Assembly (NCBI RefSeq): GCF_009914755.1
Contig: NC_060925.1
DNA from: the human T2T-CHM13v2.0 reference genome, Homo sapiens
DNA: 64,000 nucleotides
Direction: 5' to 3' (one strand)
Part shown: in pieces, positions 12,909 through 26,020 of the stretch
Layout: every line of letters begins with the position of its first letter
Numbering within the stretch: the first letter of the stretch is position 1
The notes under the pieces: model-generated
Told to the model about the DNA's origin: nothing
Database searches by the model: none
The model's input: only the letters and a program-made list of their open reading frames with translations
Translations under genes and position numbers: made by a program

Positions 12909-13309
12909 CTGAAAACCAAAAATATCAGAACTGCCATTGGTCCTCAGGACATTATTATTTATTTTGAACTATAGGACATGACACAGCTACCATTTAGGTA
13001 GCTCCTGCAGCATCTAGCTGAAGGACAAAATATCTCAGGATACTTAGCAAGAGTCCTTCTGTGGTGAAGGTGCTGAAGGAGTCAGAGTGGGTGAAGAGAC
13101 TTGGCTTTGTCTTTCTAGCAGTGGAGAGAGCTGGGTTGAATTTTTAACTTTCGCCATTTCTTCTTGGTTAACTATGTCACTGTTTTACATCCACAGTTAT
13201 GTATTAGAATAGAGTTTAAGGGACTATTAATAGTATTTTTTAAATAAAAAGAATTCCATGGCCAAGTAAGTTCAGGAAACATGTAGCTGCTGAGTTGTAT
13301 CATTGGGCT

Positions 13310-13475
13310 CCAGAAGCACCCTGTACTTATTCCTGGTACAAGACTTATCATGTTAAGTCACAATGCCTAGTGATTTGCCTGTGTCAATTTTAAGCTCCTA
13401 AAATCTTATCTTAACCTTCATGTCTACACACCTAGTAACAAGAAGGTGCTAAGTAAATACTGGATGGATGAATAA
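13310..13475 (+). mobile_element. L2 3' end fragment
   Basis: aagctcct...cacctag...aggtgctaagtaaatactggatggatgaat. Confidence 0.6.
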
Positions 13476-14225
13476 TTATCTTCATTGAAACAGGAAGTAA
13501 TCTCTTGATCCCAGCATTCGAGTCAGGATATTCATATTCAGTAGCCATCACGCTCTAAACACTCAGGTGCATGTGAACGCCATTCTCACATCCCTACTCA
13601 GCAGGCTCCCATTCTAAACCCTCAAAGTGCCAGTGGGCCCTTGGGTACTGCTGCTGATATGCTGCATACTTGAATATTAAAGCCCTCTACTCTCTCTCCA
13701 ATTTAACCCTGGCTTCTCAGAGCTGGCCCTCTGGGACCCTCCAAGCCTTTCAAATGACATCCAGGCAAACCAGGCTGAATTATGAAATCATAGCATTACT
13801 AATATCAAATCCCAGGCCTCATATTTTAATATTGTATATGAAGTTCTGTCTAAAGACCGAGATTAATTTAATATGTAAAACAATAGATACCTCAAATTAA
13901 TACAAAACATTGTAATACAAATGACTTTTATTCAGATCTGAATACTGCACACAAAGGCTGTAAGTAAATTAGTTTTATTGATCTATATTCATAGAATCAT
14001 TTAAATGTACCCTCTGGTACTGAGAGCCAGGGGTTTTTCTGATGCTTGCCATTAATGCATTTTTCATTAGTGGCTAGTGCTGGGAAGCCCAAATTTCATT
14101 TGGCTGCAAGAGATTAATTTCCTCTTGACAACCATGGCCAGATTAAAAAAAAATGGGGGAGTTGAAACAGTGATCTACAGGACAGTTCTCAGAACTATGA
14201 TTTAGAGGACCAGGAAAACACAGAT

Positions 14226-14294
<69 letters not shown>
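14226..14294. repeat. Compound (TA)n(GA)n microsatellite
   Basis: Direct reading. Confidence 0.95.
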
Positions 14295-14298
<4 letters not shown>

Positions 14299-15206
14299 TG
14301 TGTCTTCTTGACTGTGTGCCTATTGTGGAGAAAACAGCCATTTTGAAGAGAAATAACTCAGTCTATGTTTCTTGACCTTGTCTCAGAATATGTGTATATG
14401 CCACAACCATTTATAATTGACAATTGACCTATTTTCAATCTCAGAAATATAAGTAAGAAGACATACAGGCAATTAATTTACAATTTTTTTTCCTTGTATC
14501 TATCATTTGCTTGTTGGTTTGTGTCTCCGAAAGTATTTCTCATCAACCTCACAAAGGGAGCATAATAATAATAGTAATAATATAATTAAAGCTAATTAAA
14601 GCCATTCAAATTGATTTTGTTTGGAGACATGTTGGAAAATTTGGAACTCCCACTGAGATAATTCATACACACTGGGGAGCTGGGGAGTCACAAAACTGAG
14701 CCCCTGAATTTGAGTGTTGCTTGGGTTTTGTGACAACCGAAATGGTTCACTGCTTCTGCTCCTTCCCTAGGGTGGTGCAGTCATTGTATCAGCTCTGTGG
14801 GGAGCCTCCTAGTTTTTTTAATCTAACTACCTCATCATTGAAGCCTATAACCACAACCTATTTAGATTATGACAGTTGAATAATACCGGTATGGACCATG
14901 AAGAAGAAAGTGGGAACTATTTCTACAAGTGAGTAGAGCAAACAGTCATTTTTATGATGTGACCTGTGAATCGTTAAACGCATCTTTGCTTATTATATCT
15001 CTCTCTCCCAGACTTGCCCCAGTGCCAGAACATCCTCCAGTTTAAGGGGAATTCCTTAGATATGAAAGTTTAATGTATTTTGGAGAGGCCTCTTTAGGAT
15101 ACAAGTTCTTCTGGAAGGGCTAACCCTATAAACCGCCATGGACTATTAGCACCAGGGCTTCAGTGAGTCCCACAGATTGCTTTTTAAAATTACAGCTTTC
15201 ACAAAC

Positions 15207-15749
15207 TGTGGTAGGCAGAAAGATAGCTCCCCAGAGATGTCCACATTCTAATCCTCAAATGTTACATGGTAACACAACAAAGGGAAATTAAGGCTATAGA
15301 TGGAATTAAGATTGTTTTAAAATTTAATTTTAATTTAATTTAATTTAATTTTAAGATTTAAATTTAAGATTGAATTAAGATAGGGGGTTTATCCTGGATT
15401 ACCCAGTGGACTCAATGGAATCACAAGAGCCCTTATAAGTAGACGAGGGAGGCAGAAGAGAAAGAGAAACACAGAGATATTAGTGTGAGAGGACTCATTA
15501 CAACATTGCTGGAGGAAGGGGCCATAAACCAAGGATTTGGTCACCTTATAGAAGCTGAAAAGGGCAAGAAAACAGATTCTCCTCTAGAGCCCCTAGAAGG
15601 GAATATAACCCTATCAAAATCTTGGTTTTGGCCCAGTGCAACCCATTTTGGGTTCCTGACCTACAGAACTGTAAGATAATAAATTTATGTTGCTTTAAGG
15701 CAGTAAATTTGTGGTAATTTATTATAGCAGCAGTGGAAACTGTTATACA
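15207..15749 (+). mobile_element. MaLR solo LTR, MLT1C/D-like
   Basis: Begins tgtggtaggcagaa, contains aacagattctcctctagagcc and cagaactgtaagataataaattt, ends tataca. Confidence 0.85.
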
Positions 15750-15960
15750 GAGGACTAGGCACTTGTCTGTTCTGGTAAGTGTATAAGCAAGTAAAGATTA
15801 AATGGGAAGGACTGGGGTAAGCACTTCAGAAAATAAACTACTATTGAGGAATACATTGTAGAGTGGGGGAGTTATTGGGCAGATGGATAACTCATGGCAG
15901 TATTAAACGGATGCACCAAGGGGGAAAGAGGGGATACATAAAAGGGAGACTGAAGAACAC

Positions 15961-16709
15961 TGTATTCATGTTTTGTTGCTATATGATAAAATTACCACAG
16001 ACTGAGTGGCTTAAAACAACACATTTATTTTTTATTTTATGTTATTTTGTTCAGACAGGGTCTCACTCCATCACCCATGCTGGAGTGCAGTGATGCAATC
16101 ATAGCTCACTGCAGCTTTGACTTCCTGGGCTCAGATGAACAACCCACTTCAGCCTCCTGAACAACACATTTATTATCTCACAGTTTCTGTAGGTCAGGAC
16201 ACGAAACAGCTTAGCTGAATCCTCTGTTCATAGTCTCACAAATCTTCAATCAAGGTGTTGGTGAGGCTGTTCTCATCTGGAGGCTCAACTGGGGAAGAAC
16301 TCACTTTCATGTTCATTTAGGTTGTTGGCAGGATTTATTTTCTTGTAACTATATGACTAAAGGCCTCCCCCCTTGTTTTGCTGGCTGTTAGCTGGAGACT
16401 ACCCTCAGGTGCCAGAGGCCACTCCGGAGTTCCTTGGTATGTGTGCCTCCCCAACACAATGATTTAATTCATCAGGCCTACAGGGAGGTTCTCCAGCTCT
16501 AGTCTGCTAATACTGAGTCTTCTTATTCCTGGTACAGTACTTATGGTATAATGTAATTGTCGGGCTGGCATCCCAATACCTTTGCCATATACTATTTGTA
16601 AGGAGCAAGCCATAGATATCTCCTACACTCAAAAGGAAGGGATTACACAAAGCTGTAAACACCAGGAAGTGAGAATCACTGGGAGTCATCCTAAGCTCTG
16701 TCTGTCACT
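15961..16709 (-). mobile_element. MaLR solo LTR, MLT1E-like, split by an Alu
   Basis: aaattaccacagactgagtggcttaaaacaacacatttatt...atctcacagtttctgtaggtcag...caaggtgttgg is a typical MLT1 reverse complement. Confidence 0.8.
16030..16159 (-). mobile_element. 5'-truncated AluJ-like SINE
   Basis: agacagggtctcactc...gctggagtgcagtg...atcatagctcactgcag. Perfect 15-bp TSD aacaacacatttatt at 16015-16029 and 16160-16174. Confidence 0.9.
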
Positions 16710-17104
16710 GGCATAATAGTCAAACTTAATCTATGTTACAATTTCACCTGGATCATGCATTTTACAGGAAACTCGTTACTCCTGCCAATGATTTGTCTGA
16801 TAGTAAGATGATGGAATTGATTTTTCCTGATCCCAATTGACAACCATGGATCTCTAAACAGGACCTCTAAGTCTTTAGGAAAAGACAGCTACTTGATTGG
16901 TATTTGTTGGAGGTGATAAACCTCATACAATAGTGAACTGGGTGAAGTCTGATTCAATATTGCTCCCTGGTCTCATACTTCTCTCGCTCTCTTCTTTTAG
17001 TGTTTTCATTCCCTAGGGATGCCATAAACTTTCTACATCTTCCTCATAGCTAGTAGTTTTCTAGATAAATGACCTACTTTCTAGATAAGTAGTTTATGGT
17101 AAGC

Positions 17105-17402
17105 AAGTATCATAAACTCAAGTGCCTTAACCAGCTTCTTGGGGTGGGGTGGGAGAGTGGTCCAAGTCACTATGGTACACTGAAAAGCACAGAACCCATC
17201 TCACAGAGGCAGTCAATATGAGGCTGCAGTCATTGTTGCCAGATTTCTGGAGGTTTCTAAAAATACAAATGTTCTTGTTAATGTGAAATGGTCTAAGCCT
17301 ACCATGTTAGAAACAGATTCCATTAAAACAATTTAAGTGAGCAAAGTAAAACAATTCTGTAAATAAGGTAAGCCAAGAGGGCGTCTGCAGTTTTTCTTCT
17401 GA
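17105..17402 (+). mobile_element. MER102-like (hAT-Charlie), degenerate
   Basis: aaactcaagtgcct...ttgttgccagatttct...atgtgaaat...aaaaca are collinear with MER102. Confidence 0.6.
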
Positions 17403-17727
17403 ATGGGTCCTCTGATTGTTGGTGAAAATCCCACAGCCTGGCAAGCCAGCCTGAAGACAGCTCTCAGTGAAAAGATAAGGTGCTCCATGGTATTTGTTGA
17501 ATGAATGATTGAATAAAGGGTCCTTAACTTTTCTTATAGAGAGAACTTCTTAGGCTTTGCCAAATAAACTAAAATATTCTCTTAGTTTTTCCACACAGCT
17601 TCTGTAATTGATGTATTTTATATAATTTGAGATTAGGCAGGACTCCAATTTACCTGTAGAAACCATAGCAATTATATGGAAGGTGTTGGGGAGAGGAGAA
17701 AAATGTGGCTACACTGCAAGCAAACGA

Positions 17728-17781
17728 GATGATGATGGTGATGATGATGACCATGGTGTGTGTGTGTGTGTGTGTGTGTGT
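17728..17781. repeat. (GAT)n followed by (GT)n microsatellite
   Basis: Direct reading. Confidence 0.9.
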
Positions 17782-20639
17782 TTTATTAGAGACATGCCCA
17801 AGAATCCTAAGAAGTCTATAAATGAACTGTCAGTGAACCGAATGAAGAGATCCCCTTTAAGTCAGGCAAGAGTCAAATTTTATTCTATGGCTGGCGTGAG
17901 TGATTTAGGATAGCAAGAGTGGTTCTTGGTTAGGCAGTAAAGGGGCAGGGGATTGTGTTAAGATAAGGCAAGGCAATAAATGCAAGAATGATCAGTATGT
18001 TATAAATTTTACATAGTATTTGTAAACATTTTTGCAACCCTGTATCTTAAAAGGTGATTCTATACTGAGGCTACCTTACTGTGAAGATAATAGACCAGGA
18101 AAAGCACCATTTAAAATCGTGTATATCTTTGTATAACTATCTAAATTGTTTTTCATTTAAAATCAACTGAGCAATGGTTGCTTCAGAGTCAAGGGACAGA
18201 ACTCTGCTAACCAAAGTTGTAGGAAATTTTCTGTGTGAAACTCTGACAAATCAGGTAACCGCTATCTTGATCACTTTTCTCTCTCTCCCCCTGAGCTAAC
18301 CTGAGTATAGATCTAGAGTAAAGGCAGATACTATGACACAATCTGATCTGAATTTGGCCTCCAGGGGGAACAGCCAAGATGATTTAATAGATCTTCGTTC
18401 ATTTCAAACTTTCACAGGTTCAGCATTCTCAGGCAGTCATTGATTGCTTTAAAGAAATAATATCTGCCCAGATCCTAATTATTATTACAATTAGTCTACT
18501 GCTGTCTAGCAGTCTAACAACTATACCTTATCAGCAAGGATTAAACATCACTGGCAGATGAATGTAGAATCCCAGAGTTCTATAAGTTTGGCACAATTGT
18601 CTAGATCTAACTTCCCATTCTCTTTTCCATATGACAAACCCCATTATAAGCACTTTACTATGCTGCAGACTAATTTTTACTGTGGCTTAAATCATTTGCT
18701 CTGAGGGCATAGTGAATGGTGAAATCCTCTTTATTCTTCACAACCTATATTAAAAATTGTATCCTTTAGGAAGCCTTTTCTGAGAACACATAGGTGGATT
18801 GACTCTTTGCTGTAAACAGCAAGATATTAACTTTAGTATTAACTCTTTAATTATAACATGGATCTCCTTATCTTAATAGTGGTATTTGTATCTTTTTTTT
18901 TCTTTTTGACTAAGGGTAATTTGACAGCAGGGATTGGGTGATCTCCAAATTCCCAGTGCCTAGTAGTGGAATTTTAGAGTAGTTCATTAAATATCTTCAA
19001 GAAATTTAAAAAGCAATGAATGGCTCACATGTTCTTCCAGACATGAAAATGTGTAGAAATGGGTAGATCATGATTTTTAAATCCCAGTAAAATTGTTTTA
19101 CACTAGAGAAAATTAAAAGGAGCGCTGTACTATATCCTAAAAATTTCACATTGGGCCCTTTCCAGTCCTTCATTCAACGTTTATTACCTGAGCCCCTGCT
19201 ATGTGATAAGCACTGATCTAGAGGCATTTGGGAAGTCTAAGGTGACTGAAACAAATGAAGGGTTACATTCATAAAGCTTGAAATAGAGTAGCAAATTTTT
19301 CAGTGTAATGTTTCTTTCTTTTTTTCTCCTTAAAATGGCGTCTTAACGAGAAGTCTATATGCATAACATATAGACTGTCACTCCACGCCACCCCCCTAGG
19401 CTGCCCCTGTGGTACCTCTTCAAAAAATCTGGGGCCCATGAAGACATAGTTTGAAGAAAGCAGCTGTAGTGCATTCAATAAAGTATTAGCTTTCTGAAGT
19501 AATTTCTATTTTTTTTACCACTAGCTATTTTCAAAAGAGTGATGTATCTATACTGAGTACTTCATATGGTCTATCTCATTTAAGATTTGACAACCATCCT
19601 AGGAGGTGGATAATAAATGACATAGTTAGCATTAGACATGCCACAAAAGGTAGGTGGAAATGGACTGAAATGGGAAGAGAGAAAGAAAGAAAAAAATTGG
19701 TAATTTTACACCTATGAAGTACCTACTGCTACTATTAAAGAAATTGAGATAAGCAAAAGAAGGTCTGGAAAGCTCCATATAGACTGAAGATAGTTCTAAC
19801 TTTTGCATTGTGGGGGGTTTTCAGGTTTGTTTTTCTTTCTGACACATGATCCAGTGTTTGTTTCTATATTATTGGAAGAAATGTTTGATAACAGAAGCCA
19901 TCTGTATGCATCCTTGCATTTTGTAGGGTTTCTTTTTCTCTGCACAGTAACATACAGGAGCTGAATACATAATGCCTTGAGTAAATATACTTAGTCTCCG
20001 ATTATTCATAGCTAAAGTTGTTCAGAGCAGTTTTGTAAAAAGAGTCAAAGTACACAATAACCTTGATTCATAAGACTGACTAGTGAGAAAACACCAGGGA
20101 ATGAGTCATTTGCAAATGGATTTGTTTTGCATTGTTAGTGTTTATTTCTTTAGAGGACTGCTGGATTTAGAAGTCACTGGCTGTAATATCAGTATGATGT
20201 GAAACTTTGCCTGTAAATTGGGCTCTGTGTTTTTCCCCACCTTCTTTTGTTCCTTTCCAAGTTGCCTCTGCCTGGATAGAGGGAGCAGCTGGAGGCAGCC
20301 AGCCCTCAGGCAAGTAGTGAATAAGTACACGTCTTGGTACAATCTCCTGTAAATACTGGTTTGTTCTGGAAAGGCCAACCCTGATTGGTAAGAAGGCTGG
20401 AAGAAACACCTGTGGCATGCAATGGGATGCTCTGAGGTTGATTTGCCTAACTCTCTCTTGGCTCTCAACAGACACCAGATAGCAAATCTTTAATGAACAC
20501 TTCCTACATGCAAGGTACATGTGAAAAAAGAGAGATGAGAAACAAAGGGACACATTCACACAGGAATCTTGAATTTTGTAGATTATAGAGGGCTTAAGGA
20601 GACATAAAAGAAAGTGAATTTTGTGTGAAAATCTCTAGC

Positions 20640-20836
20640 AGTATTTGCCCACAGCCCTGCTCTACTGCTCCAGCCTGCGCCTGTACATTGTTTCTAACCC
20701 ATAGCTTATAATATCCACAAAATGAGATTATAATACTTACTTTACAAAATTGTGGAATTAAATAAAAATGACATTATTAAACTGTCTGGGACAGTGCCTG
20801 GCATGTGATGAGTACCCATCAAATAATAGCTATTGT
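20640..20836 (+). mobile_element. MIR 3' part
   Basis: aaaatgagattataatacttac...acagtgcctggcatgtg...aaataatagctatt. Confidence 0.75.
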
Positions 20837-20863
20837 GATAGAAGCTGATTGTTTTCTATAGAA

Positions 20864-21415
20864 CAGGGGTCCCCAAACCCAGGGCCATGGCCCAGTACTG
20901 GTCTGTGGCCTGTTAGGAACCAAGCCACACAGCAGTAGGTGAGTGAATGAAGCTTCATCTATATTTACAGCCATTCCCCCTTACTTACATTACCACCTGA
21001 GGTCTGGCTCCTGTCAGATCAACTGTGGCATTAGATTCTCATAGGAGCAGGAACCCTATAGTGAACTGCACATGCGAGGGATCTAGGTTGCATGCTCCTT
21101 GTGAGAATCTAATGCCTGATGATCTGTCGCTGTCTCCCATGACCCCCAGATGAGACTACCTAGTTGTAGGAAAACAAGCTCAGGGCTCCCACTGATTCTA
21201 CATTATGGTGAGTTGTATACTATAATATAAATTATAATATATATAATTTCATTGTATATTATAATGTATTAATAATAGAAACTAAATGCACAATAAATAT
21301 AATGCGCTTGAATCATCCCAATAGCATCCCCCCACCCCCCACACCTCCTGCCAGTCAATGGAAAAATTGTCTTCCACGAAACCTGTCCCTAGGTCAAAAA
21401 GTTTGGGGACTGCTG
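20864..21415 (+). mobile_element. MER1A (hAT-Charlie) DNA transposon, full length
   Basis: TIRs caggggtccccaa and ttggggactgctg. Internal gcattagattctcataggagc. Perfect 8-bp TSD ctatagaa at 20856-20863 and 21416-21423. Confidence 0.95.
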
Positions 21416-21569
21416 CTATAGAACATCTGTTCTCCCTTTCATTCTGAGTAACATAATTTTTGTTTATTGGCAACAATGTACCCAGATTGAGTGAATGAAT
21501 GAATAATCAGTCAAGCCTATTTTTTCCTAACCTCTAAAACAGGTTGTGATGTGCATGAAGCCTTTAAAG

Positions 21570-21880
21570 GGGACTGACTCAGCTGATTCCACCAGTAGGT
21601 GTGGCCTTTTGCCCTTCTTCCTTCCTGTTCTTCAAATCTCTGTTAGTATGGCTGGAGCTACAGCAGTCATCTTGAACCATGTGATGACTTTGAGGATGAA
21701 AGACATGTGTTAAGGATGGTAGAACCAACTGATAGAAGGATTCTTGTTCCTGGTTACTTTGAAGCTGTCATCTTAGCTCTGTATTATTTACCTTTAGAAT
21801 TATTTTATGTGAGAGAAAAATCAGCCTCTGTTTCATTGAAGTCACTGTTATATGGGTGTTCTAGTTGACGTACACCAACT
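21570..21880 (+). mobile_element. MLT1J/K-like LTR 3' part
   Basis: atggctggagctacagcagtcatcttgaaccatg...aaggatggtaga...ttatgtgagagaaaaa. Confidence 0.7.
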
Positions 21881-22349
21881 CTCAATGATGTTTCCCACAG
21901 CGTTATTAGTGAGAGATAATTTACACAACTTTACAAGATACACACAACTTGAGTGAGCAGGCCATGTTAGTATCATCACCAAATTGGTGTATAACACATG
22001 CAAAAACACAGTGAGAAGTACAGACAGAGAAAGTTAGAGAAATCAATGGAAGCAGAGGTGTGGTTAATCACTACGAATCTACGAATCCCACAAGAAAAGT
22101 CAAGCAGATAAAATTCATTCCATCTCAAGTTTAAAATTCTGGATATTTCCATATTTTATGTATCATCCACATATTACATATTGAAGAAAAAATCAAACAG
22201 AAATGTGCAACTCTTTAAAGCACTTATTTAAATCCATCAATTTAATAATATCTGGGGTGTGACTGATACTCTTTTAGGGAGCCAACTGAACTGCTGGCTT
22301 TATCTATAGTTCTCCCAGTCTCAATAAATGGCTCATCCACTCCTCTGCC

Positions 22350-22600
22350 TCTTCCATCTAACACCTTCTTATCCTTCAAATCTCATCTTGATACTTGCTT
22401 TCTTAAGAATGCTTTTCCTCACCTCATTGCCAAATATCAAATACCATCATTGCATTTCAACTCTGTCTTCTCCCCTAGATTATAGGTTCTATGGTCATAG
22501 GGCCTATGCTTGTTATTTCCACAGCCATATTCCCAGAACCTAGCCCTGCGCCTGGTACTCAAATAATTCTTATTAGATAGTGAATGACGGAATAAGGAAT
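22350..22600 (+). mobile_element. L2 3' end
   Basis: tctcccctagattataggttc...cccagaacctagccctgcgcctgg. Confidence 0.65.
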
Positions 22601-23619
22601 GTTCTCTTGGCTTAACAATAGTCAAATATTAATGGTCAGCTGATGTGAGTAGTCAAGATTTCAGCCTAAACTATAGCATGACCAAGAAACTCGTAAGTGG
22701 TTCCATGATTGTGTCTGATGGATTTTTGTGTCAACATTAGCCACTTTTGACTTTTCTGCTCGAAGAAATAAAAGATCTCTTAATCGGTTTGCTTAGATGA
22801 AACAAAGGGAATTTCTGTGAACCTAGTGGATAGAGAATTTCCTGCCTTTTCATAAAGCAGACAGGTATTTCAAACCATTGACAAGGAGTGAGAAGTAATT
22901 TGTGCCTCCTGGCTGACAGCCCATTTTTCCAACAGCCCTCAGCCAAAGGGCAGTCGGCAAAGGAGCCAGTTGAATAGGATTGGCTATGCCTGTGAGAAGT
23001 GATCATCTGGTGAGCAAAAAAAAAAAAAAGTATTCAAATTGGCACCCGTTGAAATGGGGCCCAGCAAACAGAGTCAATTTATTATGGTCCTGATAATGCC
23101 CCTGCACTCAGCCCATTTAAATGGTTTGTTTCTCTTATATCTGATATTGCATAGAGAGGCTACAATGGGCAAAATGAGGCCACAAGCAACAAATGGTTTC
23201 ACGGTAATGATCTAATTTCCTGTTAATCTACTGCTTATTAAGCATTTTTAGTGTTTTTTTCCTAAATTTTTAAACTCTCATCCCTAAACTGATGCAAATG
23301 AATTACATCTTTTTATTAGGCGAGATTAAGATAGGTCAGGCTAGAAGTAGGAATAAAATTATCTCCTATAATCACTACAGGAATTCCTCCTCCCAGGAAA
23401 TTTCAACATGCCTTCTAACAAAGAAATTTTCTATTTTCTCAATTTATAATCAGGAACAAGTTCTCTTTACACCTCATAAGCCAAACGAAGACATCACATC
23501 ATCACAGATCTCTCAATGTGCCCTCAGAATGATTGTAACATCACTATTTAATCACTTTGCTAAGTGTTGCTGATCTAAAATATGAAACATTCAGTCTCAT
23601 GTGTTTTCTTTGTCAGTCT

Positions 23620-24350
23620 AATATTAGACTTTTTATTATAAAAATTTTCAAGTGTACAGAAAATCTTAGTGCAATCAATAACCATCACTATTTTGTTTGT
23701 TTTATCAGTGCTTCTTACCCATCCCCCATCTTTTTTACTCATTTATTTTTTTCTGGAGTAGTTTAAATCAAATACTTGACTTCATTTCACTTTCAAATGC
23801 TTTAATTTGCATTACAAAGATAACATTGTCTTACATGATCCAAATGCCATTGCTATACCTAACACATTTAACAATAATTCCTTAATACCTCTTAATACGC
23901 AGTCCATACTTAATTGCCCTGTTTGTCTAAAAAAATGATATTTTACAGTTGGTTTGTTCAATCAGAATTTAAACAAAGCCTGCTTATTGTATTTGGTTAT
24001 TATATGTAAATATCTCTTAAATTTCCTTAAATTAAGAATTATCTCATCTCCCTCCCTTATTTATTTATTTCTTTTCCTCCTACGGACCTACTGATTGACT
24101 TATTGAAGAAACTAGGTCACAATATTCAGCATTTTGCATTTGTCTGCTTCTGGTATCTTTTCACTAGTTTCTCTCTTTATTATATTTCCTATGAACTAAA
24201 AGTTAGATCTAAAACTTTGATTGGATTAAATTTATTTTTTGAATACTTCATTGTTGGTATTTTGTTCTCTGTAATATCTCACATTTACATGCCACTAATG
24301 TTTGGTTATCTAACTTTTAGTGAGGATAAAACTGATCAGGGGTCCAGCAC
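23620..24350 (-). mobile_element. Ancient L1ME/L1MC 3' end
   Basis: actttttattataaaaattttcaagtgtacagaaa...acaataattccttaata...tttacagttggtttgttcaatcag. Confidence 0.7.
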
Positions 24351-25058
24351 TCTGATGTTTTGACCCAGCAACTCCTTTTCATGGTGTGAAATGTTGCCCA
24401 GCTCTCTACTGCCCATCCTGCTGACTCAATACTGGTAGTGACTCAACAATGGGTTCCTAAAAGCAAATTGGAAAACACTACCTCAAGTCTTGCACCTGGC
24501 TCATATAAGTGGTTTACAGGGTGGCATATCATCATCTCTAAACGCATCTCCAGGGGCTTTATAGGACAAATTATTCTGATCACTGTAGAATTGAGCCTAA
24601 CATCAGAAGACATTAGATAAATTGATATGGACTGATAAATCCACATGGAGCATATTCTCTACAGTTTCTGGGATAAAACACTGGACATATAAGTCTCCAT
24701 ATCTATAAATAAAGGATGAGAGTTGGACAAGATGGTATCTTAAGTCATTTTTAGTTATTAAAGTCTAGGGTTTTATACTGGCCTCAACCACACCCTGCAT
24801 GCAGTGACCCTGGACAAGTTCTGTCTGTATGTGAGTACTGAGTATCACTCTGCATACTAAGAGGCAAAGCTTATGTCTAAAGGAGTGTTGGTTCAACATT
24901 AGAAATGCTTCTGCTCCTTAATAATGGAAGATTATATTCCAGATTCTGATGTGTGTTGTACATAGAAGTTCTTTTCTCATGACAACACTTTTAACTTTTG
25001 GTTACCCTATCAAAAGGGAATGGAAGAATCACAGAAAGGAAAAGGGGAACAAATAAGC

Positions 25059-25083
25059 ACACACACACACACACACACACACA
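25059..25083. repeat. (CA)n microsatellite
   Basis: Direct reading. Confidence 0.95.
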
Positions 25084-25689
25084 AATCCACAATCATTTAG
25101 TCTGATGAAGGCAGCAGGCTAAAAATGAGAAACACTTTTCTGCCCACCTGAACCCATACTAATACCTCTACTCTTACAGACGTACATTCCAAGCAAATGC
25201 CTGGCAAAAGAAAAACTGCGCCTCTCAGTCCTTCTCTCCCCCAACTCACTTCAAAGACTCTGGACTGCTGTCTGGCAGAAAAACCTGGGGTATAAAGATT
25301 GGAAAGAAGACTTGGGGAGACACAAGGGCTCTCTTCAGACACCTAAAAGTTTCTCATGTGGGAGACAAATTTGGATCATTCTGACTGGTTCCAAAGACAG
25401 CATAATAATGGTCAAATGACAAGAGGGACAGGAAGGTAGAATTCAACTCAAAATAGGGAAGTACCATCCACAAGTTTACAAGATAGTGTTAAGACCATAG
25501 TCTTGTAAGTCTTAAAAGATATATCTCACAGTAATAAGAATTTCTATATCCAAAACTTCAAGTTGAAGCAAAATGTCTGGCTATCAAAACTTTGTAGAGA
25601 ATTCTGATTTGGGGCATGAAATTTAATTCTATGGTCAGCATAAGTTGCTGATTCCAACTCAAAAATTCAATATTTTCTTACTCATTTTT

Positions 25690-26020
25690 TATCTTCAGCG
25701 CTATTTTCTCCACAAATATTTCACTCAGAACTTCTATAAATAACAAGTTCTCCTTTATTTGAGTTCCCAGCACACCTATTGTTTGTTCCATGCATTACAA
25801 TGCTTCAGATTAGCACTTTATTATATATGTATTTAGATTTTTCTCCACTGCCTTATATATATTTTTGCCATCTCTCCTCCTCTCTGCAAGATTGCACGCT
25901 TCTTTATATTGTGGGAACTGTGTAATATGTTCTTTTTTTATGTTCCCCACGGTGCTGTGTTCATGACTGAACACATGCTTTGTGCTCAATAAATACATGT
26001 TGAAATGGATTGAATTGATG
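25690..26020 (+). mobile_element. L2 3' end
   Basis: gtgctcaataaatacatgttgaaatggattgaat is the L2 terminus. Confidence 0.75.
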
